From: Paraspadella gotoi
Taxonomy: Eukaryota; Animalia; Chaetognatha
Direction: 5' to 3'
Assembly (NCBI GenBank): GCA_051294375.1
Contig: CM119266.1
Location: 12,145,484 to 12,209,483, forward strand
DNA: 64,000 nucleotides
The position numbers were made by a program, and so were the translations under genes. Numbering within the stretch: the first letter of the stretch is position 1; every line of letters starts with the position of its first letter. Under the pieces are notes generated by a model, which was not told the DNA's origin, ran no database searches, and saw nothing but the letters and a program-made list of their open reading frames with translations. Below are positions 39,467 through 53,894 of this stretch, piece after piece.

Positions 39467-39738
39467 AGAGAGAGAGAGACGAGAAGGAGATAACAAGGGA
39501 GAGAGAGCATTGAAGAACAATGGAAAACTCTGGCCGTTTCGTATCTCGATGGATCCGAAAATGAGCGAAGGAGGAAAGGACTGGTGGAGAGAAGAGAGGG
39601 GAGGAAGAAAAGAGGAGGAAAGGGAAAACAAATGAATTATTAATCGTGAAGTGGGCGTTAAATTGAAGGCGGTCGGTCACGGCGGCTCCGAGAGAACTAA
39701 GATGGGCCGTTAGGGCGCGCCAGCGGAAGTGGGCGTGG
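35223..39738 (+). repeat. ~4.5 kb direct duplication Y, copy 1
   Basis: Colinear with 40711-45197, with indel-dominated differences. It ends at a 25-N gap on CGGAAGTGGGCGTGG. Confidence 0.96.
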
Positions 39739-39763
39739 NNNNNNNNNNNNNNNNNNNNNNNNN

Positions 39764-39828
<65 letters not shown>

Positions 39829-39845
39829 TCCTCTCTCTCTTATCT

Positions 39846-40710
39846 CCGGGGCTGTTTTTCTGCCCCATTATCCTCTTCTCTTCCCTACTTGTTATTCCTC
39901 GTTCCCCGTTCTGTTTATCTGTTTACTTTTTTTTCAAAGTAAAGGTTTTCTCCTCCCCCCCCCGCCCGCCCGCCCCTCCAAACCTTTCTCAGCGTTTTCT
40001 CTCTCTTCGGTCCGACGCCTTTCGATTCCGGCACGGATAATTTAAAAACCTCTCCTCCTCCGTTTCTTCTCTCGCGCCTGTACTTCATTTACTCTAAAAC
40101 GCCCCTGTATTTAAATGAATGCTTCTCAATTGTTTCTTGCAACTTGTAAATTTTGTGCACCGAGGTTTCCCAAACAATCAAAGATTTTCTTCAAAATAAT
40201 TTTCGGTTCAATGTAAATTATTGTTTAAAGTAAATAAAAAACGAACAACCTAATCAAAATTACTCCACTTTATTTTAGAAGGGAAAAAAAAAAATTCATC
40301 ATAATTACGCCCGTCGCACACCGCGTTCAGAAGGGAAACGTTGCGTTTCTTTCCAATTTCCCATTTCTCCGAAATTATTGCTGTTCTTCTTCCATAATAT
40401 TCTGTTGTGCCTTTAGTCCTGCTCTCATAAAATCCTCTCCCCACTTTCATTCCTCTTCCTCCTCCTCTTTTCTTCCTCCTCTCCTCCTCCTCCTCCTCCG
40501 GAGGCTAATTTGATTTAATCCAAGGGTCCGACTCTCCTCCCTCCTCCTCTTCCTCCCTGCTCCTTCACCTCCCATTCTCCACCTCTCTCTCTCTCTCTCT
40601 CTACTCTCTCTCTCCTCTCTTCCTCTTCTCTCCTCTCTCTCTCTCTCTCCTCTCTCTTTCTCTCTCTCTCTTCGATTCTTTCTGCATTACCTAATCATAG
40701 CCTCTCTTTC
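39846..40710 (-). repeat. Segment X, inverted copy
   Basis: Reverse complement of 24458-25295. For example, GCATTACCTAATCATAGCCTCTCTTTC at 40684-40710 matches GAAAGAGAGGCTATGATTAGGTAATGC at 24458-24484. Confidence 0.95.
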
Positions 40711-41659
40711 TCTCCCTTCTTCTCCCTTGATCTTTAACTCTTCCTACCTACCTTCAATCTCCTCTCTCCCTCCTCTTCCTCCCTTCCTCCTCCTCCTCCA
40801 TTTGCTTTCCGTTCGTTTCATTTCCCATCTGCATTCGTTTCGTTCGTGCGCCTTTCCTTTCTTCTTTTCCTTTTCCTCCTTTTCCTCCCTCAGAATCGTA
40901 AAGCGCCATATCTTAACGGCCTCACCTTTTGCGATGTCGTTATTTGATGATTTTTACCGGGAAAGGGAATGGAGAGAAGCGCGAGGAAAATATGGCGGGT
41001 TTTTATTTTTATTTTCTCGATAGTCGAAAATGTACATTGACAATACATACGTACATGATACGAACAACTAGCTCGTACCTGGTTTTAAAATGAAAATTTA
41101 TTAAAATCAACCTCACTAATAGTAACAATAATAATAGAAGAGGTAATGAACCTAATTTAAGGAGTTGACTTAAAACAAATCGTTTTGCTTTCTAACTCTC
41201 GGCCAAATTTTTCAAACCAAGCCATCACGATCGTACTGACAAAACCTTTACGTCTTTTCCATCATTCTATACTTTATTAACTAATATATAACTTGTATAT
41301 GATTTCATGGCTTTCTGTATTTACTCCGTTGCTCAATTTTTACCCGACGTGCCGCATTGTTCCGTCTAGAATTTCCATTGCGATCCCCTCGTTCGAGAAT
41401 CGCCGCTTTTAGGATCTCCCAACCTCCATTTGTCTCTTCTCGTCACGAGTTGTGACTTTTTCTCCTCCCATCTTTCACGCCCCTCACACTACTTCTTCGC
41501 TCCGGTAATATTCTCTTTCTTTTTTTTTTAGTACTTTCTTCTTTTTTTCCTTTTCTTTCCTTCCTCTTATTTTCTCTCTTATTTCTTTCGTCTTCTTCTC
41601 GTTTCCATCTATTTCTATCCGCTCTTTTTTTCTCTCTCTCTTTTCTCCTTTTCAACAAA

Positions 41660-41751
<92 letters not shown>

Positions 41752-42438
41752 AAACGATTCTATCTGTTTTAATGCAAGGCACGGCGAAGCAAACTCTCGA
41801 TTGGCAAATAACTTGTTTTTTTTTTTTTTTTTCTTTTTTTCTTTTTTTTTAAAATTACATCCGGAATTTTTTTCCTTTTACTCTTTACATCCGGGTTTGT
41901 CGCTTCGACTAAATCTTCGTTAGAGTCGGGAACGAAATATTAATTATTGTGTGGGCCATGACAACCCCTTCAGTTTCTTTTTTTTCCACAACTGTTCCGC
42001 GTCAGTTCAATGTCACGTCATTCTCTTACTTTCTCCTTCTCTTCTTTTTTTCTCTTTTTTTTAAAATTTACATTATCATCTTTACTTTTTTTTCAACTTC
42101 GCATATAACAATGAACGTAGTCACCAAAAGCTACTCTTTAGTGTGATTATATCAAGTACAGTTTCTAATTTCTTTTTATATTCCTTTCTTTTTGATACTT
42201 TGACCCTTTCATCCTACTTTTAAATTCGTTTTCTTTTTCCTTTATTTCAACTTTGTTTTCCTTTCTCCCTTCCTTTTCTTTCCTTTCTTCCTTCCTTTCC
42301 TTTCTGTCCCCTCGCCTCCATTCCACTCCGTTCCATCTCCAAGTCTCTCTGAAACATTTGCTTGTCGCCTTCCTCCTTCAGACGCTTTATCATCTTCTTC
42401 ATTCAACTCACTAGTCTCTCTCTTCTCTCTCTCTTCTC

Positions 42439-42511
<73 letters not shown>

Positions 42512-43099
42512 ACTTTGACACGCTCTTTGCTCCGCGGGAGTCCTTGCTCTTCAAAACATCGTCAAAATCTATCCGCGACGGGAAATTATGATGGAGAGCG
42601 CATCGAGTCTCGGAGAGAGAGCGCTCTATCGAAGGATGTGGGGGTGGGAAAGGGGGGGCGGCGGGGGGGGCGCTCTCGGGTTCCGATGATTAATGCGCGT
42701 AAAACTGAAAAATGAAAAATGAAAAAAAAGATGAGACAATTACGACGTTTGATTGAAGAGAACGAGAGAGAAAAGAGAGTGAGAAAAGGAAGGGAAAAAA
42801 GGAAAATGGCAAAGTTAGAGGTAATTGTTAAAACGCTTAATATTAAATCGAATTTAACTTTAAATTTTTTTTCAATTTTGATAATAGGATTAAAACGTCA
42901 CATTTTTTTAAGCTCTAAGTATTTTTTAATCTCGTCGTCGTTGTCGTCGTCTCGTTGTTATTTTGAATTAGGGTCGATGCGTAATTATAGGGGAAAACTT
43001 CCGGGAGCGGTGAATTACGGCTGCTTAAAGCAGAGACCTGTTGTTTAGCCCATACCTCTCTCTTCTCTCTCTCCTTCTCTCTTCTCTCTCTCATCTCTC

Positions 43100-43136
<37 letters not shown>

Positions 43137-43659
43137 CGTCATATTTTCCATCAGACGCCCATTTGCTCATTCTCCCGCGTATTTCTCTCACGATGAGTCT
43201 CTCCCCTCAATTTGTTTTTTTCCTTTTTCTTTTAAAACTCGCGTTCGCCTTCTTGGCACAGTCGCCGCCTTTGGTAAATGTTTGTCGATCTTCGTCCTTC
43301 TCCTTTTCTATTAATTCTTCTTCTTCTTCCTCCCTCCTCCTCCTCCTCTTCCTCCTCCCCTTTTCCTACCACCCTGCTCGGTTCATAACGCTAATTAACC
43401 TTTGCTTTAACCTTTTAAACCGGCGGACTCGAATTGGTCTTTTTTATGCTATAATTGCTGTATCTTCGCATTACCAATGCCTTGCCGCTTCATTACTTCA
43501 GTTTTATATTCATACGTAATTACGTAGATGATTACAAATTTAATGAACATTGAAAAAGGCGTAATATATATTATTATATTGTAATAGAGCAGACACAACA
43601 AGTAAATACGTAAATGCCAAGAAATCGATAAAAAAAAAATTTAAGATTGTAAAGACAAA

Positions 43660-43747
<88 letters not shown>

Positions 43748-44041
43748 ATGAATGAAAGAAAACGAAAATTGTGAAGTTGAGACAAAAAAACAAAAGGCAA
43801 GAACTTTGTTACTCTCGATTCTCCCGCCAGATGGTCGCCCGAAATCGAAATTCAAACGAGCGGAAAGATTTTTCTTTTTTTCTTTTCCTGTTTCTTTAGC
43901 TTTTTCGCTTTTTAGATTTTTTTAAAACTGTTTTCTCATGAAAGAAAAAACATCAGAAACTGGATAAAGAATAAAAGGATTAGTTAAAAAAGGTGTAAAA
44001 AACATGACGTTATAGAAACAAAAAGAACACTGAAGAAAAAT

Positions 44042-44072
<31 letters not shown>

Positions 44073-44133
44073 NNNNNNNNNNNNNNNNNNNNNNNNNGAG
44101 AGAGAGAGAGAGAGAGAGACGAGAGAGAGAGAG

Positions 44134-44165
<32 letters not shown>

Positions 44166-44881
44166 CGAGGACGGATAAAAGTTGAAGGAGATGATGCTGG
44201 ATGAATAATGAATTTTCAGTTTAACATAATTTTAAAAGATGAAAAGACGGTGATAGCGATTTAAATAAAAAATTTTTTTGTGTTTTTTTGATTTAATTAA
44301 TCAATTCATTTTCTTTTCGAGGGCCCATGCGACTTCTATGCGTGAGTTTTTATTGTGACTTTTTAAGAGATAATTTTCATTCATCAAGTCATGTTTGTTT
44401 GTGTAGCAAACAAAACAAACTGAAGTTATCCGCTACGTTGTCGAGTCGAAGGACCCGTCCACGAATCTTCAATGTTACCAACTAACGTCGTCGTGTTATC
44501 GTCGTGTCGTCCGTTCAGTATTCGTCTTCGTTATTGTTGACAAAAGGGGAAAGACGATGTTTGATGATCAATTCAAAGAGGGAGCGAGGTCGCCCGGCTG
44601 CCGGAAGAGACCGGAAATGAAAGAAATAAAAGAGGGAGGAAAAAGGTCTAGGGTAGCGGAAAAAGGAAAAGACCACAGTTGACAAATAAAAAAGAGGAAA
44701 GGAAAAGAAATAGAGAAAGGGAATGATCTGAGAAAGGACGCGAGAAAAGAGACGTAGGAAGGAAAAGAAAGGAGAAAAGACGTGAAATGGCAAAGAAGTA
44801 AGGGGATGAAATTTTGTTTTTTGTTTTTTTTTTCTTAAGGGAAAAATGAAGGATTTACTGGAGTGCCAAAATATATGTGTG

Positions 44882-44929
<48 letters not shown>

Positions 44930-45197
44930 CAGAGAGAGACGAGAGAGAAGAGAGATAACGGAGGAGAGAGAGCATTGAAGAAACAATGAAACTCTGGCCG
45001 TTTCGTATCTCGATGGACCGAAAATGAGCGAAGGAGGAAAGGACTGGTGGAGAGAAGAGAGGGGAGGAAGAAAAGAGGAGGAAAGGGAAAACAAATGAAT
45101 TATTAGTATCGTGAAGTGGCGTTAAAATTGAAGGCGCGGTCACGGCGGCTCCGAGAGAACTAAGATGGGCGTGGGCCCCAAGCGGAAGTGGGCGTGG
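40711..45197 (+). repeat. ~4.5 kb direct duplication Y, copy 2
   Basis: Starts TCTCCCTTCTTCTCCCTTGATC as at 35223. It has an internal 25-N gap and ends on the same base (GGGCGTGG) as copy 1. Confidence 0.96.
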
Positions 45198-45205
45198 GAG
45201 AGAGA

Positions 45206-45986
45206 GAGATGATGCTGGATGAATAATGAATTTTTCAGTTTTAACATAATTTTAAAAAGATGAAAAGACCGGTGATAGCGATTTAAATAAAAAATTTTTT
45301 TGTGTTTTCTTTGATTTAATTATCAATTCATTTTCTTTCGAGCCCATGCGACTTTCTATGCGTGAGTTTTATTGTGACTTTTTAAGAGAATATTTTCATT
45401 CATCAAGTCATGTTTGTTTGTGTAGCAAACAAAACAAACTGAAGTTATCCGCTACGTTTGTCGAGGTTCGAAGACCGTCCACGAATCCTCAATGTTACCA
45501 ACTAACGTCGTCGTCGTTATCGTCGTCGTCGTCGTCAGTATCGTCTTCGTTATTGTTGACAAAAGGGAAAGACGATGTTTGATGAATCAATCAAAGAGGG
45601 AGCGAGGTCGCCCGGCTGCCGGAAGAGACCGGAAAATGAAAGGAAATAAAGAGGGAGGAAAAAGGTCTAGGGTAGCGGAAAAAGAAAAGACCCACAGTGA
45701 AAATATAAAAAGAGGAAAGGAAAGAAAAGAGAAAGGGAATGAACTGAGAAAGGACGCGAGAAAAGAGACGTAGGAAGGAAAAGAAAGGAGAAAAGACGTG
45801 AAATGGCAAAGAAGAAGGGGATGAAATTTNNNNNNNNNNNNNNNNNNNNNNNNNNNNNNNNNNNNNNNNNNNNNNNNNNNNNNNNNNNNNNNNNNNNNNN
45901 NNNNNNNNNNNNNNNNNNNNNNNNNNNNNNNNNNNNNNNNNNNNNNNNNNNNNNNNNNNNNNNNNNNNNNNNNNNNNNNNNNNNNN

Positions 45987-46017
<31 letters not shown>

Positions 46018-46249
46018 GAGAGAGCAATTTGAAGAACAATGAAAACTCTGGCCGTTTCGTATCTCGATGGACCGAAAAGAGCGAAGGAGGAAAGGACTGG
46101 TGGAGAGAAGAGAGGGGAGGAAAGAAAAGAGGAGGAAAGGAAAACGAAATGAATTATTAGATCGTGAAGTGGCGTTAAATTGAAGGCGCGGTCACGGCGG
46201 CTCCGAGAGAAACTAGATGGGCGTGGCGCCCAGCCGGAAGTGGGCGTGG
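45206..46249 (+). repeat. Third, partial copy of Y (last ~1 kb)
   Basis: Matches 38709-39738 and 44188-45197. Only this copy continues into unique downstream sequence. Confidence 0.95.
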
Positions 46250-46788
46250 CGGTCGAGTTGGGGTGAGTCGATTGAGGCGTCGTAGGATTCGTGTGATAGG
46301 AGGTTGTGAAAATCTGAATTGATGGTTGATTACAACATGGTTTCAAATTGATAATATTATTTGACAATAATCATCAACTTCGACCCGTGAGAGTCAGTCT
46401 CCGAAGATCGGGATAGAGGCGAAGGCTCTGCCGTTAGGGGGGCGTCTAACTTGTCAGTGACTGTGAGTGTGAGACTGGATAAACTGAGATCGGGCGAGTT
46501 TATGACTCGGTGAGTGAATTAAGTGAGGGTTGAGTGAAGGTTAAACAAAGCGGAATACTCTGCGAGGAAATGAAGCCGTCGATCGAGGAGTGAATGGTAG
46601 AAGCGAGTGGCGTGAGATGGGATGAAGTAGGTAAGGATGTGGCGGATGGGTGTGGTGCGGTGGGATGTGGTGAAAAGTGGTAAGGATGTATGGATGGTGT
46701 GGTTGAATTGGAGGACAGCGAGCCAGAAAAGACCACCTCGAAATAGGGGCGGGGAGGAAATGGTTCCTTGGGAACAAGTACGCCGGGG

Positions 46789-46855
<67 letters not shown>

Positions 46856-46961
46856 CAGACAAAAAGCAGAGACGAGGGAGAGAAGAGGGGAATAGAGTCA
46901 CCGAGCACGAGGCGTGACATGCCTTTCGTAGCGAGTGCAAAGGGAGGGCGGTCAAGGAAGT

Positions 46962-46998
<37 letters not shown>

Positions 46999-47870
46999 AC
47001 TCCTCTACGAAATCGTAGCTCATCAACAAATCATTACGGTTTGGAGCCCAAAGGTCAAACCGCACGAACGATTCTTATCTCTTCAATGACGTCAGCCTTT
47101 TCTCGATCACGTGACTCGGAAATTATTGACACGCGAACGGAGGAAGGAAGGGAGGAGGAAGAAGTGAGGGAGGAGGCGGGATAAAAAAAGGGAGGAAAGG
47201 ATCGAAGAGGAAAGAGGAGATAAGGGAGAAATATAGTCAAAAAAGGAAAGAAAGAAGCTGGAAATGAAAAGAAAATAGGAAATATTCCATCTCACTCACG
47301 AGGAGAAAGTCTAAAAAAAAAATGTCAAATCTACGACTTAAAAAGATCGAGGGAATTGAAAAAAGTGAGAGGATCTCGGATAGAATAAAAAAAAAAAAAT
47401 TTCGGTGGATGAAAATGAAAAAAAAAGGGAATAAGGAGAGAAACGTAAAAAAATACCATGTCAGGTATTTTCTCTCGGGAGAATCAAAAAATAATATGAT
47501 CGAAGGATTTCAAAATGGAATTCAGTCTCCAAAATGAAACCCGCAGGGAAAGACTACAATGTTTACTGTTAAAATTTATCGCCGAATCTTCCGAGGTGAC
47601 GACATAGTTTAAATTAAATGTTTATGTTGGTATTTTGAGTTACTCGGCCCTGACATGCGCCTTTTCCCGTCGCTTCAAATGCCGGCACCTTAATCCGGCG
47701 CTATTTTACGGCACCTTATCCCGGCGCCTTTTCTTTGCTCCGTCGACTCTCTCGTCTTCGCGCGCCGCGACGCGATATGCTAATGGAATTTAAGTCGCGA
47801 GTCTCTCGAGTCGAGAGACATTTCTTAGAAATGGGGAAACTAAAATGAAAAAGAGAGAGAAGAGAAAAAA

Positions 47871-47951
<81 letters not shown>

Positions 47952-48927
47952 AGAGAGTGAGGAGAAGAGATAACAGGGAGGACAAGAAATTCGAAGGCGA
48001 GGCGGAAAAAGAAACTTTAAAGAAAATAGGCACCCCCATCCGGGGTGAAGACACGATTGGATGAGAGAGTGGAGATGGCACCAAGAGGATTGGGATTTCA
48101 TGAAAGAAAAATGAAATGAATCTGAGAAGAAGAGAAAGTAGATAAAATTCATATGAAAGGATTAATTAGCGCCAAGTTGAAAATGATTAAGATTTAATGA
48201 AAATGAAAACAATTTGCGAATCATTTTGGATGTAAAATGATATAATATAAGGTGGCTTGAAAGAAGACCATAGAGGGCCGGATGCATAGTCTACACTTTA
48301 CATCAGAAGGAAATTTAAAAAAACTGTACATCAGAAAGAAATTTAAAAAAACAAATAGAAGGGAGATTTTATTAAAAATGAAATGATGAATAGGTCTATA
48401 AACGAATGGATAATTTATATATTGGTTTTACCAATATTAGAGAAAGACAAAGAAGTGATCTATATACTACGAGAGAGTTTAAAAATTAAAATAGTAGTGA
48501 AAGAGTGAAAAAAAAATATACTCGTCAGGTCCCTAGAAAAGACAAGGGTCGATGAAATTACACGAGGCGGTGTTACACTGCGTGGGCGTGGCGACAAAGA
48601 GGAGAATTCCTTTTTTAAAATGTCGCCGCGAGTCCCATTTTAGATTCTGATTGCTGGATTCTTATGAGGTACTGTACAGGAAAGAATGTGGATACTGGAT
48701 GGGGACAAAGATGTGCAATATGACGCAGTTATTTATTCAAATATTTATAGACATACTTTAAAAATGATTTACAAATACTTAAAAGAAAATAACTAAGGGA
48801 GACCCCAGAAGCGAAAGGAGGCAAAGCGAAGGGCGAAGGTCGAAAGCGGAAGCTTAATTGAGGACATTTGCTGATGAAGGACCGTTGCCGCCCAAGTCAC
48901 GTGGTCGACCTCCTCCCTTTTAGAGTT

Positions 48928-48992
<65 letters not shown>

Positions 48993-49088
48993 TTTCTTGT
49001 CTTTCTTTTTCTTTCTTTCTTTCTTTCTTTTCTTTTCGGTTCATGTTTTTATAGTTTTTTACTATTTTCTTCTTCTTATTTGGTCTCG

Positions 49089-49143
<55 letters not shown>

Positions 49144-51464
49144 CTCTCTCTATGTGTGATGTTGTCTCTATTACTTTCTTCTCGTTTTTCTAAAAATAGA
49201 AACCCTAACAGGTTTCTTTACATTTGACGCTGATGTCGACAACGACGTAGTTGATATAACCATAGAAAAGTATTAAACCGATTTTTTTTAGTTTAGTAAA
49301 TACAGTTTTGTCAATCACGATTGACATGATAATGACAACTGCGAGAACAAACATTGTTTTTTTTTATCAATAATCATTCCAGGCTTTTATTTTGGGTATG
49401 AAAGGAGAGACCCAACTTCGAAGATCAAGAATACAATATCTGTGTCATGCCAACCTATTTATTAACCTCAAAATTGCAAAGGAGAGACATTAAATGTCAT
49501 CGAATATTGCGCGATCCATTAACTCTCTCGTCTTACCGAGAAGAAGATTAACATGGTACATTTTATATACGGTGATTGACGTCGCAAACCTGATTGCACA
49601 GACGACGTCACTGCACGGTATTCTCAAGTAAAGCAGGTGGTTGTTCGCCTCCTCGCGGCCTCGGCAACGATTGTAAATTAAAGGAGGAGGAGGAGGAGGA
49701 AGAAAAGGAGGAGCATAAAGATTGGGAGGAGGCGAAAAGATAGAAAGAAAACGAGAACGAAAACGATCTAAGCCAATTCAATTTGTATTTCGATTTAAAT
49801 TGTAATTTATATTAGGTTATATTTACTTCATCGAATTTAGGATATGAAATAGTTTCAACGTAATACAATAAAAATTACCTTTCCTATTCTGGCATATTTT
49901 AATAAATTAACATTTTCTCGAAAAACTAAAAAAAATTACAAAAAATAAATTAAAGTTTTACCTATACAATCAAACTTGGGTAAAACAAAGAAATAATAAA
50001 AAAATACATATAAATACAGCATTAAATTCGTTTCTCCCCTCGAAACGGCCCAGTATTCTCTAGTTCCGATCGACTTTCTCAAAGGTTTTTCCGTCTTTGC
50101 CCGACTTTTTCTCTCTTTTTCTTTCTTTTTTTTTCCCTTCTGCTTTTCTCATTCGTCTTCGGCATCTGAGACTTGGATTTTCTTCTTCTCTTCGTCTTCT
50201 CATTCTTTTCGTCTCCTGACGTTTTCGTTTTCTTCTTACTCTAGTTATTTCTCTGTCTCCTTCTCGTTCTTCTTCGAGAAGACGTCAGCGGATTTTTCAT
50301 CGACTCGCGTCGATTTTGGCGCACAACTGGGAGAAGCGCTCGAGGGCGCATTTCCACGGCGCGTGAGGGCGCCTTTCCCGCGGAACTTTGTCCTCTTTTC
50401 TCATTTGGTCACCAAAGGAGTTGAGCGTTGGCGGGAAGTTGTCCGGTGACGCGGAGTCCAGTGACCTGATTTCACGAGATTCTCACGCGAAACGTGAGAC
50501 AAGAATTCGAGAGGCTTGGAAATCATTGTCGCTCATTGTTGCTGACTCGTTGAGTTCGACTTAGTTAGGGTAAGGAAGGTAAGTGGAAAGAGGAATTTAG
50601 TTGAAATCGGATATCCTATCATCTCTCGACATATCGCAATGTTCTTTTCTACAAAGAGGGAAAATATTGTCTGCGGAAGTTTTATCTACGAGGCTCGTTG
50701 TCAAATGTCACCGGTTATATATTTCCCCTAGAACCGTTCTTACTTTTAAATTGTTTTTGTTTACGTTTATGTTTCGTAGAAATTCTACGATTAACCTTCG
50801 AATCGAATTACTAGAACGCCTCGCGTCAAAATATTTGCCAGACTTCCCGCCACGCCCACTCTGGCGAAAAGACTCACCCCCTCTTCGGGGCGGGGATCGA
50901 GCTGTAAACACTTACCCAATCCTCCTCACCCTTTCGGAAAAAAAACTCCGACCTCCGCTTTTTCGACCTGGGAAACTTACCCGTTCACCCAAACGTCGTT
51001 GAAGCGCTTAGCCGGAACATCTTCTCGCAAAATCTTTCTTTAAACCTTTGGCGCGGTTTTTTTTCTCTCTAAAACAAAGACAGACGCCGGATGGCGTTGG
51101 GGTTTAGGGAATAAGAGAGAGAAAGAGAGAGAGAGAAAGAGCGAGAGAGAGAGAGAGACAAAAGATACCGCCACTTGCACCCGAAGTGAGTAGCGTTCAC
51201 AAGGTGATTTGTTGAAAAGCGCTATTTTTTCCTCTACTTCCAGGGGATCAGCCAGCTCCTTCTCTCGTACTTACCCAACCTCATCCCCTACCCACCACTC
51301 CCCCCACCCTCTCTGATAAAACCCGTCCCCTCCTCTCTCGTTTTCCTTCCTTTTGGCGTCATTCATCATTTGTTTACTGGAGAAGAGATCGCGACGAAAA
51401 GGAGAAAAAACCAATAAAATATATTTGGGGGAAAAAGGGAAGGAGAAAAAAGGGAGAGAGCGAG

Positions 51465-51500
<36 letters not shown>

Positions 51501-51504
51501 GAGA

Positions 51505-51549
<45 letters not shown>

Positions 51550-53290
51550 GAGGAGAGAGAGAGAAAGGGAGAGAGAGAGAGAGAGAGAAGAGAGAGAGGA
51601 GAAGAGAAGAGAGAGAGAAGAGAACAGACAGACAGACAGACAGAGAGATTTTTTTTGTCGACGTCGTGTTTGTGTGTGTGGAATCTTTTCTCTATTTCTC
51701 TTCCCTCTCCTATTTTTATCACCGGGGAATGAAGAAAATAAAGAAGGAAAATCGTCTCATGGTTTTTGTTATCTTCATTTTTTGTTTTTTTCTTTTTGTT
51801 TTGGTTTTTTTTTTCTTCTATTTTTTGTTTTTCTTTTGTTTATCCGTTTGTAGCGGATTTCCCTGAAAAAAAAAAACAACCTGTTTTCGCTCAATTATTT
51901 TTGTTGTCTTTTTCGTCAGTTTGTTTGTTTTTATTTTGCTTGAGGTATAAAAACATTCTTTGTCGGTTTTAAAAATAAATTGGTGGTTAAATAGTGTTTT
52001 AATCTTCGATATCAAATTAATGTTTTAATTAAATACAACTACTCCAATATTTTACAATATCACTACTTTCTCCTTTCGTCCCCTTCCATTTTGTCCTCTC
52101 CTTTTCCTCCGTTAATTTTCCTTTCATCTCTTCGTTTATCCTTTTCCTTCCAAGGTCCGACGGCTTAATTCCTTCCTTTCTTTCCTTTTTTTTCCTTTTC
52201 TACTTCCACCGAATTTCTTTAATTTCTTATGCTTTCTTCTCCTTTTTTTTTTCCTCCTCGATTTTCCGCTCTAATTCCTTTTTCCTTTTTCACACATTTC
52301 TTCTCCCTTGTTTCTGCATCTTTCACACCTCGCCCCGCACCCCCCCGCTCTCTCCCCCCTATCACGAGACTTTTTTCTTTTCACTTAACTTCCCTTATTT
52401 TCAGCATTCGTTTTCCCACCTTTTTTTAACAGACGACTCCTTACTGTTTTTTTGTTGTTGTTGTTTTTTTGTTGTCTCTGAACCAAAAATATTTTTCTTT
52501 CCGAATTTTTCGTAAATTTTCCGCCTTTTCCACCTGCTCACTTTTCCCCTTTTTGTTTTCACTTCTCTTTCCTCGGGGGGCATTCTCCTTTTTCTTTCCT
52601 CCTTTTTCCTTCCTTCATTTTTCCACCATTTTCTTCTGGGTTTTCCTCCGCTATGCTTCCTCCTCTTTTCCTCCATTTTCCTCCCCATTTTTTTTCCTCC
52701 ACGCTCGGCGTCTTTCAATTTTCCCCCTTGTCTCTTTATTTCTGTGGGCTTTCCCTCCCGGCTCTGAACCTAAGACCCCTCACTCATTCATTTGAATCCC
52801 GCAGTAAACGATTTTGAGGGGAGGAAAAGAGAGTAGAAAAAAAAAAAGAAAAGAGGGCAAAAAAAAAAGAAAGGAAGAGGAAAGAATGAGATTGAAAGGA
52901 AAAACAGTAAATGTATCAAAAGCAAACGGCGGGAAAAAAAATCGAACGAATTAGGGTTGAAGAGGGAAAAAATTGGAAAAGCAGTAAAAGAGAGAAAAGG
53001 GAAAGAGAGAGGGAGAGGGCTGTCACCAATCTATTATGCCATCGCCTCGCTGATTAGATAATTATCATAGTTATGGGAAAGAGAGGGAGAGGGAACTATC
53101 TGGAGACGATGAAAGCCGACGAACGGAGAGAGAGAGAGAGAGTGAGTGGGAAAAGTGGATGAAAAGCGAGAGAAAGAACGTGAGAAAAAAAGAGAAGAAA
53201 GAAAAATAAAGAAAGGGTTGATAACATTTTCTAAAGAGGATGAAAAGAAAGTAAAGTTAACACTTTGGGATTAAGGATAGAGAGAGAAAA

Positions 53291-53349
<59 letters not shown>

Positions 53350-53894
53350 AAAAAGAAGAGACATTTTTGTTTCAAGTAAGTTTAGCCTTCCTGTCAGACG
53401 GATAAAGGAAAAAGATATCGAATATCCTGACGCCTTAAATGGAGGAAATCCGACATATTCCTTTAAGAGATGAGAAAAAGAGAGAGAGAGAGTTGAAGGA
53501 ACTTTGTCACTTTTCTCTTTTGTGACTTATTGCAGTTACTCTCTTACCAATCTTGTAATTTTTGTCTCGAGGCATAGAAAATAATAAAAATTTTCCACAA
53601 AAACATTTTCCTTCATTATATGTAGGTAACATGTTTATAAAATGAATGGATATTTTTTTTATTGGTTTTACTAATTTAATATGTATTGGAAAACAAAAAT
53701 CCGATATTTGAAAGTTTGACTTATATTTTATATAGTATAGAGTAGAGAATGATACGGCGGAGAGCGAGTTTAAATAAGGGCGCTGTGAGCTGAGAATCCA
53801 AGTCTCAAGTCAAAAGGTAAAGAGAATCGTGAGATCGAGTGGCGAGAGTTTAAGATAAAAAGAAAAGCGACGTCGATCGAAAGTAGGACTTCTT

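Noticed and set aside
53505-53540. Partial resemblance to miR-153 (reverse complement TGCAATAAGTCACAAAAG)
   Set aside because: It is mismatched in the seed region and there is no second hairpin arm.
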